Assembly: GCA_964468425.1 (NCBI GenBank)
Contig: CAYXSZ010000043.1
Span: forward strand, 1 to 9,134
Reading direction: 5' to 3'
Source: Candidatus Woesearchaeota archaeon
GTDB lineage: Archaea > Nanobdellota > Nanobdellia > Nanobdellales > Nanobdellaceae
DNA length: 9,134 bases
Shown here: positions 1-5,788 of the stretch, piece by piece
How positions within the stretch are numbered: position 1 is the first letter of the stretch
Layout: every line of letters starts with the position of its first letter
Notes under the pieces: generated by a model
Seen by the model: only the letters and a program-made list of their open reading frames with translations
Told to the model about the DNA's origin: nothing
Databases searched by the model: none
Made by a program: the position numbers and the translations under genes

Positions 1-282
1 AGAGAGCTAGATAGTTATCTAAAGGAGAGGGCTTTAAATTACTTTAAAGAAAAAATAGTTAGGGTTTATGAACTTAAAGAGCTTGAGAAAGCCATTAAGG
101 AGCAAAAATGCGTTAAGGCTCCATTTTGTATGAACGAAGAATGCGCGAGGAAGCTTAAGGAAAAGTATTCTGTAGAAGTTCGAGGAACCGATTATCCTGA
201 GTCAGAAAGAACTAATAGGGAAAAATGCGTTGTTTGTGGAGAAAAGGCGCGCTTTTGGGTGTATATTGGAAAAAGCTACTGA
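1..282 (+). CDS. proS: Prolyl-tRNA synthetase, C-terminal fragment (5' part lies outside the window)
   Basis: Frame 1 is open from base 1 to TGA at 280-282. It is missing from the ORF track because it has no start in the window. The translation ...KCVKAPFCMNEECARKLKEK...CVVCGEKARFWVYIGKSY* shows a Cx4C...Cx2C zinc-binding C-terminal domain and a terminal Tyr, as in archaeal/eukaryal-type ProRS. Confidence 0.8.
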   Translation, partial: RELDSYLKERALNYFKEKIVRVYELKELEKAIKEQKCVKAPFCMNEECARKLKEKYSVEVRGTDYPESERTNREKCVVCGEKARFWVYIGKSY

Positions 283-1652
283 GAAAATTCTAGAATCAGG
301 CTGTTGGAATATGTGAGGTGCTTTTTATTCCAAACGGTTATTTCTACCTCGACGGGATCTATCTGAAGCTCTCCTACGACTTCAGTATCGTACTTAACTG
401 TATAAACTAGTAACCTCTCCTCTCCAGGCAAAATCTCATCAATAAGCCACTTTATGACTGTTTTGTCTCCTTTTTCGTAGAAACCAACCGGCTCGACGAA
501 TTCAAACTTAACTGGTTTGAAAATAGACAGAATAGTGTCTCTAACCACCACATCTCTCAGTTTGTAAGCGCTCTTATTTTTGATAGAAATTAGCATTTTG
601 ATTTCTCTTTTATCTCTATCGATCGATAATACTTCTTTAGTTATCTCAAGCTTTGGAGTGTAATAGCTTACCACGAAGTAAGCAACTGCTAATACGAAAA
701 TTAAAATCAGCAAAAAGATACTAAGCAAGTTTGGTTCTTTATGAATCACGAATTTCTCATTTGGAAGTAAAACCAAATTCCAAACGAAGTAAACGCGATT
801 TCCTTCTCGTAATTCGTAATCTGGAGCCGGTCTGTAAATGTAAAAGAACTTATCCGCAGGACTGATCTCAACTTTTAGCGTAAATGTATTTACGAAGTCG
901 TTATTGTTCTTCACAATTATGTTATTGTCTTTTGAAAACACACTGACATTAGATTTACGCGCAACTGATATGTAAACTTCCTTAGTTTTATTGTCTACTG
1001 TTACAAATATAGGATATTTTCCCGGGAGTATCGCAGTTGAAACTTTAATAGGTATTCCTAAGAAGTACTTTTTACTTTCAACTGTAAAGCAGGTCGATAC
1101 TTTCTTTTCAAGCGCTGATGAGTTTATTTTTACACAGATTGGCGTAGGCTTCGGATAAAAGCTATCTATCGTGATATAAATAGTATCCTCGCTTCCGATT
1201 TCGGTTTCATTCTTTAGCAAAAACGCATTAAAGGTTAGACCAGTTTGAGCATGAACCTTTTCGAGCTGAACTTCGTTAATTACAACTGGAGAGAAATATA
1301 GAGTGTAGCTAGTTTTGTTCTTACCCTTTTCAAAGATTATTGAAAGTATTGGAAGCTCTGCGGTAGGTTTGTATGGTCTAAGTTTAATCACGCTTGTTAT
1401 CGTTTGATGAGGATCTATCGAAAACAAACCCTGTGGGTATATGAACTGCCAACCAAGAGAAATTGGCTGGAAATAATAATAGTACGAATCATTTGTAGGA
1501 TTTATTAATGAAACTCTATAAATTGCGTAGTCACTGGCATTATTAAAGTAAACAGTGTCTTTAACCGCTAAAGGTACCGAAACATAAGGAACTGAATAGG
1601 CAAACACAGAGGGGAACAAAAGTGCAAAAAGCGCGAGCAATCGCTTAACCAT
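276..1652 (-). CDS. Hypothetical signal-peptide membrane protein. It has a sequon-rich N-terminal region, a single internal TM helix and a C-terminal beta-rich CARDB/DUF11-like domain.
   Basis: 458-aa ORF starting at ATG 1652. The N-terminus MVKRLLALFALLFPSVFAYS looks like a signal peptide. I count about 7 N-x-S/T sequons before residue 240. A hydrophobic helix LLSIFLLILIFVLAVAYFVVSYY spans about aa 309-331 (nt 660-728). The C-terminal ~120 aa carries an LPGEERLLVYTVKY-type pattern seen in CARDB/DUF11/DUF58-N beta-sandwich domains. Function unknown. Confidence 0.7.
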   Translation of the reverse strand: MVKRLLALFALLFPSVFAYSVPYVSVPLAVKDTVYFNNASDYAIYRVSLINPTNDSYYYYFQPISLGWQFIYPQGLFSIDPHQTITSVIKLRPYKPTAELPILSIIFEKGKNKTSYTLYFSPVVINEVQLEKVHAQTGLTFNAFLLKNETEIGSEDTIYITIDSFYPKPTPICVKINSSALEKKVSTCFTVESKKYFLGIPIKVSTAILPGKYPIFVTVDNKTKEVYISVARKSNVSVFSKDNNIIVKNNNDFVNTFTLKVEISPADKFFYIYRPAPDYELREGNRVYFVWNLVLLPNEKFVIHKEPNLLSIFLLILIFVLAVAYFVVSYYTPKLEITKEVLSIDRDKREIKMLISIKNKSAYKLRDVVVRDTILSIFKPVKFEFVEPVGFYEKGDKTVIKWLIDEILPGEERLLVYTVKYDTEVVGELQIDPVEVEITVWNKKHLTYSNSLILEFSQ

Positions 1653-1679
1653 TTAGTTTACCTATGTATTTAACCTTTT

Positions 1680-2240
1680 TTAAACTTTCTCAAACCTGAG
1701 ATCTTCCACTTTTCCAAGTTTATTAATAGACAATTTAAAGTAATTAGCTGTTATAACTCGATTTTTATCAAAGTTTAGGCTAGATAATGTGTTTTCTATA
1801 GAGGTTTTGTCTCCTTCGAGCTCTACGAACTTACCGAGCTTTGGAACTTCATCTAGCATAACTTTTAGGTTATCTTTCTCCCAAACCTCTCTAATTTTTT
1901 CATAAATCCAAAAAGGTTTATACCCTAGATCTTCAAAAATTTTTAAAATAACTTTTCCATCGCTAATAGACGTTTCGTATTCATAAGAAACTTTATGTTC
2001 TGTTTCACTCTTTTTTGGAATCTTGTATGTAAGGATCCATGCTTCCTTTCGAGTTTCAAGATCTTTTTCATATCTAACACGAAGCAATCTCCCTAAGGTT
2101 AAAAGTTTTTTGTTTTCGCTATCCAGGACGTAGTTTCGCTCAAATACCTTACGAACTCTCCGAAATCCCAAGCTCTTTAAACTTTTACGGATGGGCTCAA
2201 AATTCGAAACCTCGATTTTTACCTCGCGCTCGACCTTCAT
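1680..2240 (-). CDS. CYTH-domain protein (triphosphate tunnel metalloenzyme / class IV adenylyl cyclase CyaB-like)
   Basis: 186-aa ORF starting at ATG 2240. The N-terminal MKVEREVKIEV contains the ExExK signature of the CYTH superfamily. Length and the acidic/basic alternating beta-strand pattern fit the family. The ATG lies 2 nt after the upstream SPOUT stop codon, suggesting an operon. Confidence 0.8.
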   Translation of the reverse strand: MKVEREVKIEVSNFEPIRKSLKSLGFRRVRKVFERNYVLDSENKKLLTLGRLLRVRYEKDLETRKEAWILTYKIPKKSETEHKVSYEYETSISDGKVILKIFEDLGYKPFWIYEKIREVWEKDNLKVMLDEVPKLGKFVELEGDKTSIENTLSSLNFDKNRVITANYFKLSINKLGKVEDLRFEKV

Positions 2241-2242
2241 TT

Positions 2243-3052
2243 TTACAAAAGTCTCAAATACTTAAAAATGGACAGCGTATAGAAAACCGCTTCTTCTGTT
2301 CTTAAAGTTTTGAGGTTTTGATCTGGTGACACATTTATTACTTCGTCAAAAAACGATTTCCAGCTTTTTCCAATGATCTCTTGAAGTCCTCGAGCAAAAG
2401 AACCGAAAACTATTACTATTCTCCCAGTTTTTCTTAGTTTAACCTTTCTAACATCTCTCCCTAGGCGAGATGTTCCTATTATCGTAGCGCCCTCTTTTTT
2501 TAGTCTTTTTAGGAGGTTTTCCAAGGGTCTGTTGTAGTAGAAAGTTTCGTATCCAAAATACTCTTCAGTTTCCCAGGGAAGTACGAAATCATTTAGAGAT
2601 TTATCATAAATGACAATTTTACTTCTTATATTCTTGTTAGAAAATACCGTAAATACTTTTCTACCATCTGAAACAAAATACTTTTTGTTTTTTCTTTTGA
2701 TGACATAAACGTACTCGTATCTATCTCTTAACTCGTGATATTTTGCAGTAATTGGAAGAGCAGCCCCAATTTGGGAAAATTCTTTTTTCTTGGGAAATGC
2801 GAGCTTTCTGAGATATGGAGGGGCGTTCAAGTATTTGAGAACCTTAACTATGAATCTTCCGAGCCCGTGGGAGTCGAACTTAGGGTCTGGATCGTAATAT
2901 ACTCCTATCTCATTTATTCCAAAGTTAACGCAAGCTCTCGCTAGCTGAGATATTAAAAAAATGCGAATTTTTGCGTCTCTTTTTTCCCCCGTGAATGTAG
3001 AAGGAATTAAGAGGGTTCGACGCTCCACTTTAAAAGTTAGCTGCATAAGCAA
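2243..3052 (-). CDS. Putative SPOUT-superfamily RNA methyltransferase (DUF171 / Methyltrn_RNA_3-like)
   Basis: 269-aa ORF. LLIPSTFTGEKRDAKIRIFLISQLARACVNFGINEIGVYYD resembles the N-terminal block of archaeal DUF171 SPOUT proteins. GATIIGTS...IVIVFGSFARGL resembles the C-terminal SAM-binding knot region. The track start at 3052 is TTG. The in-frame ATG at 3046-3044 (MQLTFKVE...) is the more likely start. Confidence 0.65.
   Translation of the reverse strand: MLMQLTFKVERRTLLIPSTFTGEKRDAKIRIFLISQLARACVNFGINEIGVYYDPDPKFDSHGLGRFIVKVLKYLNAPPYLRKLAFPKKKEFSQIGAALPITAKYHELRDRYEYVYVIKRKNKKYFVSDGRKVFTVFSNKNIRSKIVIYDKSLNDFVLPWETEEYFGYETFYYNRPLENLLKRLKKEGATIIGTSRLGRDVRKVKLRKTGRIVIVFGSFARGLQEIIGKSWKSFFDEVINVSPDQNLKTLRTEEAVFYTLSIFKYLRLL
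3029..3035 (+). promoter_or_regulatory. Candidate TATA-like box (TTTAAAA) for the 3057 gene, embedded in the 5' coding region of the divergent SPOUT gene
   Basis: An A/T box centred about 25 nt upstream of ATG 3057. This matches archaeal TATA spacing if the mRNA is leaderless. Sequence inspection only. Confidence 0.3.
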
Positions 3053-3056
3053 ATAA

Positions 3057-3503
3057 ATGTTGCTCTGGTATGTTTTATCGATTTTACCTTTCTACGAGTC
3101 TAGATATGTCGTTCCATTAATTGTTGTGCAAGGTGGAGGAATAATTGATGTAGTTTTGGTCTCTCTACTAAATTCCTTTGTTTTCTTTCTTGTTCTATTA
3201 TTTTTAGATTACTTTCACAAATTTTTCATTCGTTTTGATTGGTATCGAAAAGCTTTCGATTTCTTTGAATGTCGAATAATGAAAAATAAAAAATACATAG
3301 ATCGATACGGATATATAGGTTTAACTTTGTTTGTCTTTCTTCCTATACCAGTTACCGGTGTATATTCAGCTAGTATTCTTTCGTGGATTTTGAAGTTAGA
3401 TCGAAATAAAAGTTACTTGTCGATTTTGCTTGGAGTACTGGCAATAAACACTTTACTATATTTAAGTCTCAAAGGATTCATAATCCTTATGGTTCAACGG
3501 TGA
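3057..3503 (+). CDS. Small multi-drug export family membrane protein (PF06695-like, COG2426)
   Basis: 148-aa ORF with about 4 hydrophobic segments. ESRYVVPL near the N-terminus and YGYIGLTLFVFLPIPVTGVYSASILSWIL match the conserved (E-R..IP) and (FV.IP.P.TG.w.g) blocks of this family as I recall them. Confidence 0.65.
   Translation: MLLWYVLSILPFYESRYVVPLIVVQGGGIIDVVLVSLLNSFVFFLVLLFLDYFHKFFIRFDWYRKAFDFFECRIMKNKKYIDRYGYIGLTLFVFLPIPVTGVYSASILSWILKLDRNKSYLSILLGVLAINTLLYLSLKGFIILMVQR
3072..3079 (-). promoter_or_regulatory. Candidate TATA-like box (GATAAAAC on the minus strand) for the SPOUT-CYTH-membrane protein cluster, embedded in the 5' coding region of the divergent 3057 gene
   Basis: Centred about 30 nt upstream of ATG 3046. 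Only about 10 nt separate the two divergent start codons, so any promoter must lie inside the opposite gene. Confidence 0.3.
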
Positions 3504-4209
3504 AATACAGTCTTCTTCTGTGTTTTCCCCTGTTGTCTATTTGTAATATTTTTATTTTTCCAATTTCTCTTGTGTTCTTGACGTGAGGACCGCCATCAGC
3601 TTGAATATCTACTCCCGGGATCTCTACTATTCGTAGTTTATCTACGGAGGGAGGTAGTCTTGTTGCGAGCTTAACAATACCAGGAATGTTCAAAGCTTCT
3701 TCCCTAGATAAGTAATAAATCTTTACTTCTATTTCTTTTTCAACAATTTTGTTTGCCTCTGCTACAGCTTCTTCGATAATTTCTTTCCAGTTGCTAACCG
3801 CCAAATCAAAGTCTTTTTTAGCGTATTCTGGGGTAATGTGTCCTCCGGTGATTTTCACCCCAAACCTTTCGAATAAAATGGCTTCTACGATGTGTGCAGC
3901 TGTGTGGAGCCTCATCATTCTGTACCTCCGTTCCCAGTCAATGATTCCCTTTATTTTTTCTCCTTCGTTAATAATATCTGGATTTTCTAGGATGTGCACT
4001 ACTTCCTTAAGATCTTTATCCTTTATAACCTCCAGAACGCGGGTTTCTTTGTTATCGACGATGATTTTTCCCGTGTCGCTATCTAGCCCATCCGCTAGTG
4101 GATGGAAAGCCGTTTGGTCGAGAACAACTTTGTTTCCTTCTTTGTAGAGTACGACAGCTTCAAATTCTTTTAGATAACTATCTTCCTGGTAGAGAAGCCT
4201 AGTTCTCAT
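3487..4209 (-). CDS. alaX: Alanyl-tRNA editing protein AlaX (AlaX-M type, free-standing AlaRS editing-domain homolog)
   Basis: 240-aa ORF. IDWERRYRMMRLHTAAHIV contains the HxxxH zinc motif. ...DGGPHVKNTREIGKIKI aligns to the family's CGGTHV...EIG block, with D in place of C. The N-terminal beta-barrel region (EFEAVVL...VVLDQTAFHP) also fits. Confidence 0.85.
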   Translation of the reverse strand: MRTRLLYQEDSYLKEFEAVVLYKEGNKVVLDQTAFHPLADGLDSDTGKIIVDNKETRVLEVIKDKDLKEVVHILENPDIINEGEKIKGIIDWERRYRMMRLHTAAHIVEAILFERFGVKITGGHITPEYAKKDFDLAVSNWKEIIEEAVAEANKIVEKEIEVKIYYLSREEALNIPGIVKLATRLPPSVDKLRIVEIPGVDIQADGGPHVKNTREIGKIKILQIDNRGKHRRRLYFTVEP

Positions 4210-4214
4210 TTAAC

Positions 4215-4520
4215 CTATATTCGCTTAACAATTTTTTGCTTTATCCTTTCCCAAGGTCGGTTGCAGATTAATTTTCCATCGACTCTTATCCAGTAATCGT
4301 TAAAGTAAAAAAGAAAGGTGCAAAACTTCTTGGGAACCACTTTCTTCCCACTTTCAGTTTCAAGTACGAACGTGTTTTTTGTTTCGTCAACGATCTTTCC
4401 AAAAATACCCTTTAGCTTCTCATTTTTAGATTCTATGACCTCTACTTCCAGTCCGATGAACTCGTACTTAACGAAGTCTCTAATCCTTTGAAACCTCAAT
4501 GTTTTCTTCCCTGAATCCAA
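4215..4520 (-). CDS. rnp1: RNase P protein component 1 (Rpp29/Pop4 homolog)
   Basis: EFIGLEVEVIESKNEKLKGIFGKIVDETKNTFVLETESGKKVVPKK..F.F matches the Rpp29 Sm-like core (ELIGL.V.V..S.n....Gi.G.VvDETrNtl). The start codon at 4520 is TTG and overlaps the aIF1 gene by 41 nt, so the true start is uncertain. A second TTG lies at 4499. Confidence 0.85.
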   Translation of the reverse strand: MDSGKKTLRFQRIRDFVKYEFIGLEVEVIESKNEKLKGIFGKIVDETKNTFVLETESGKKVVPKKFCTFLFYFNDYWIRVDGKLICNRPWERIKQKIVKRI

Positions 4521-4788
4521 TCTCCACTAAAACGCGCTTTATTTTATCTATGTGATCTCCTTGAAGCTCTATTCTTCCTTCTTTATATGTTCCACCGCAG
4601 CCCAAAATAGACTTAAGCTTTTTGAGCGTATCTTTTGCTATTCCCGGTTCTATTCCTTCTATAATTGTAACAATCTTACCGTAGCTTCGTTTATCCGTTC
4701 GAACAATCAACTTCTGCGTTTCTTCAGAGATGCTCTTCAGGCTCTCTTCTAGATCCTCAGGAAGACCTGAAAAAAGCTTCTTTTTCAT
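4480..4788 (-). CDS. sui1: Translation initiation factor aIF1 (SUI1 family)
   Basis: 102-aa ORF. YGKIVTIIEGI...LKKLKSILGCGGTYKEGRIELQGDHIDKIKRVLVEIGF is the SUI1 domain signature. Its position between L29-like and Rpp29 genes matches the conserved archaeal gene order. Confidence 0.9.
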   Translation of the reverse strand: MKKKLFSGLPEDLEESLKSISEETQKLIVRTDKRSYGKIVTIIEGIEPGIAKDTLKKLKSILGCGGTYKEGRIELQGDHIDKIKRVLVEIGFREENIEVSKD

Positions 4789-4913
4789 ATAGCTTTTCTA
4801 AGTTCTCGCTTGATAGCCCGCAGTTCTCGTACATTCTCTCCTAGAAGCTTGCTTTTCGCCTGGTATCTCAACGCGAGGAGTTTTATAAGTTTTTCCTTCA
4901 TCTTCTCGTCCAT
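4785..4913 (-). CDS. rpl29: Short (42-aa) ribosomal protein uL29-like ORF, below the ORF-track size cutoff
   Basis: ATG at 4913-4911 and TGA at 4787-4785, forming an ATGA overlap with the aIF1 start. Translation: MDEKMKEKLIKLLALRYQAKSKLLGENVRELRAIKRELRKAI. The helical K/E/L/R pattern (LR.Q...G...N.RELR.IKR.L) resembles the two-helix core of uL29. L29 precedes SUI1 and Rpp29 in many archaeal ribosomal operons. Upstream in frame there is a stop at 4967-4965 and no alternative ATG/GTG/TTG. Confidence 0.5.
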   Translation of the reverse strand: MDEKMKEKLIKLLALRYQAKSKLLGENVRELRAIKRELRKAI

Positions 4914-4939
4914 GATTTGAATTTTTTGTTTTGCAAAGG

Positions 4940-4947
4940 TTATAAAA
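4940..4947 (-). promoter_or_regulatory. Candidate TATA box (TTTTATAA on the minus strand, TTATAAAA on the plus strand) in the divergent L29-cluster / rpoN intergenic region
   Basis: Centred about 30 nt upstream of the ATG at 4913 and about 46 nt upstream of the rpoN ATG at 4990. The TTATAA core is palindromic, so it could in principle serve either direction. Confidence 0.4.
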
Positions 4948-4989
4948 CTTTTTAGGAAAGTTTTTTAGTTTTTAGTTAGTGATCTTTCA

Positions 4990-5187
4990 ATGATAATTCC
5001 TGTTCGATGCTTCACCTGCGGGAAGCCGATTGGTCATCTCTGGGAGAAGTACAAAAAAATGCTTGAGGAGGGAATTTCCCCAAAGGAGGCTTTAGATAAG
5101 CTTGGTTTAAAAAGATTTTGCTGCAGGCAAATCTTCCTGACGCACGTAGATCAAATAGAAAAGGTCGCTAAGTTAAAAAAGTGGTAG
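4990..5187 (+). CDS. rpoN: DNA-directed RNA polymerase subunit N (Rpo10/RpoN)
   Basis: The 65-aa [20 protein letters not shown].........ALD.LGL.R.CCR....THVD is the canonical RpoN/RPB10 sequence, including the CxxC...CC zinc site. Confidence 0.95.
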   Translation: MIIPVRCFTCGKPIGHLWEKYKKMLEEGISPKEALDKLGLKRFCCRQIFLTHVDQIEKVAKLKKW

Positions 5188-5391
5188 CTACAGTGTAGCT
5201 TCTAAAATTATTTCGTATTTTGTAGGTTTGTGTGGGTGATACTGCTTTTTGATGGATATTTTCCCTTCTTTTTCTAATTGCTTTATTATTTGCTTGACTA
5301 CTCCGGGGTGTTCTTCAACTTCATCGATTAGCTCGCGCAACGAGATCTCTCTTCGCTCGCTTAATATTTTAAGTATTTTGCTCGATACCAT
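5188..5391 (-). CDS. Small stand-alone winged-helix DNA-binding protein (MarR/Lrp-like HTH)
   Basis: 67-aa ORF starting at ATG 5391. ILKILSERREISLRELIDEVEEHPGVVKQIIKQLEKEGKI follows the helix-turn-helix plus wing pattern of wHTH regulators. Its stop codon abuts the rpoN stop (5187/5188). Confidence 0.65.
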   Translation of the reverse strand: MVSSKILKILSERREISLRELIDEVEEHPGVVKQIIKQLEKEGKISIKKQYHPHKPTKYEIILEATL

Positions 5392-5424
5392 TTAATAAGC
5401 TCTAAGTTAAAAACTTAAAGCTTC

Positions 5425-5498
5425 GGGGCCGTGGGGTAGCCTGGCGAGCCTACCGGGTTTGGGTCCCGGTGACCCCGGTTCGAATCCGGGCGGCCCCA
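5425..5498 (+). tRNA. tRNA-Pro (anticodon UGG), 74 nt, no intron, CCA not encoded
   Basis: Cloverleaf by hand: acceptor GGGGCCG/CGGCCCC, D arm GGGU-AGCCUGGCGA-GCCU, anticodon arm CCGGG-UUUGGGU-CCCGG (U33, UGG, G37), 4-nt variable loop, T arm CCCGG-UUCGAAU-CCGGG, discriminator A. Confidence 0.95.
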
Positions 5499-5614
5499 TG
5501 CAAAAACTGTTAACTTCTAGGCACGAAGCTATATACATAAAGAAAAATGAAGCGCTTTCATTTTAGGTGTTCAGCTCTTATCCAAGGTTTTACACGAAGC
5601 AATAAAGGATTATG

Positions 5615-5788
5615 TGGAAATATTAAAAGTTATTTGTTCTTTGTTCAAAAGAGTATTTACAATGGAAATCTTCTTCCTTGGAAAGAAGAGGTGCGAAAAC
5701 AACTAGAAGTATTTTTTGTAACTTCCTTGGACTTTTCGTGTTTTCCAACGAGAGTAAAGATGAGACTCTCAAAATGAGAGAATGGAAA
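5615..5788. repeat. Cluster of TGGAAA-core motifs plus two copies of the 10-mer CTTCCTTGGA
   Basis: TGGAAA occurs at 5615-5620, 5663-5668, 5679-5684 and 5783-5788, and inverted (TTTCCA) at 5742-5747. A TGGACT variant starts at 5728. CTTCCTTGGA occurs at 5673-5682 and 5722-5731, each an inverted TTCC..GGA(A) dyad. All lie in the 322-bp spacer between tRNA-Pro and the 5821 gene. Confidence 0.4.

Noticed and set aside
2735-2944. 69-aa plus-strand ORF antisense to the SPOUT gene
   Set aside because: It lies entirely inside a well-supported minus-strand CDS and has low-complexity, atypical composition. It is a shadow ORF.
3749-4147. 132-aa plus-strand ORF antisense to alaX
   Set aside because: It is embedded antisense in a CDS with clear AlaX motifs. 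Its Ser/Leu-rich translation is typical of the reverse frame of a K/E-rich gene. It is a shadow ORF.
4552-4752. 66-aa plus-strand ORF antisense to aIF1
   Set aside because: It lies entirely within the strongly supported SUI1 gene and has no recognisable motif.
1-5498. Co-location of proS and tRNA-Pro(UGG) within 5.2 kb as a possible functional linkage
   Set aside because: They are separated by ten unrelated genes on both strands, with no shared transcription unit. It is most likely coincidence.
5419-5530. Inverted repeat AGCTTC / GAAGCT flanking tRNA-Pro, a possible leader-trailer helix
   Set aside because: Only 6 bp lie outside the tRNA, and the downstream arm is 26 nt from the 3' end. That is chance level in sequence of this composition.
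5513-5710. 8-bp inverted repeat ACTTCTAG (5513-5520) / CTAGAAGT (5703-5710) bracketing much of the spacer
   Set aside because: It is short, about 180 bp separates the arms, and there is no target-site duplication or transposase. This is consistent with chance.
5547-5777. 76-aa ORF on the plus strand in the tRNA-Pro downstream spacer
   Set aside because: Its composition differs from the other proteins here: four Cys, many Phe, and few of the K/E/I runs seen elsewhere. I recognise no motif. The nearest TATA-like box (5530-5541) is too close to, or downstream of, where a promoter for its ATG should be. The ORF is probably a chance open frame across a regulatory or non-coding region, although a small protein cannot be excluded.
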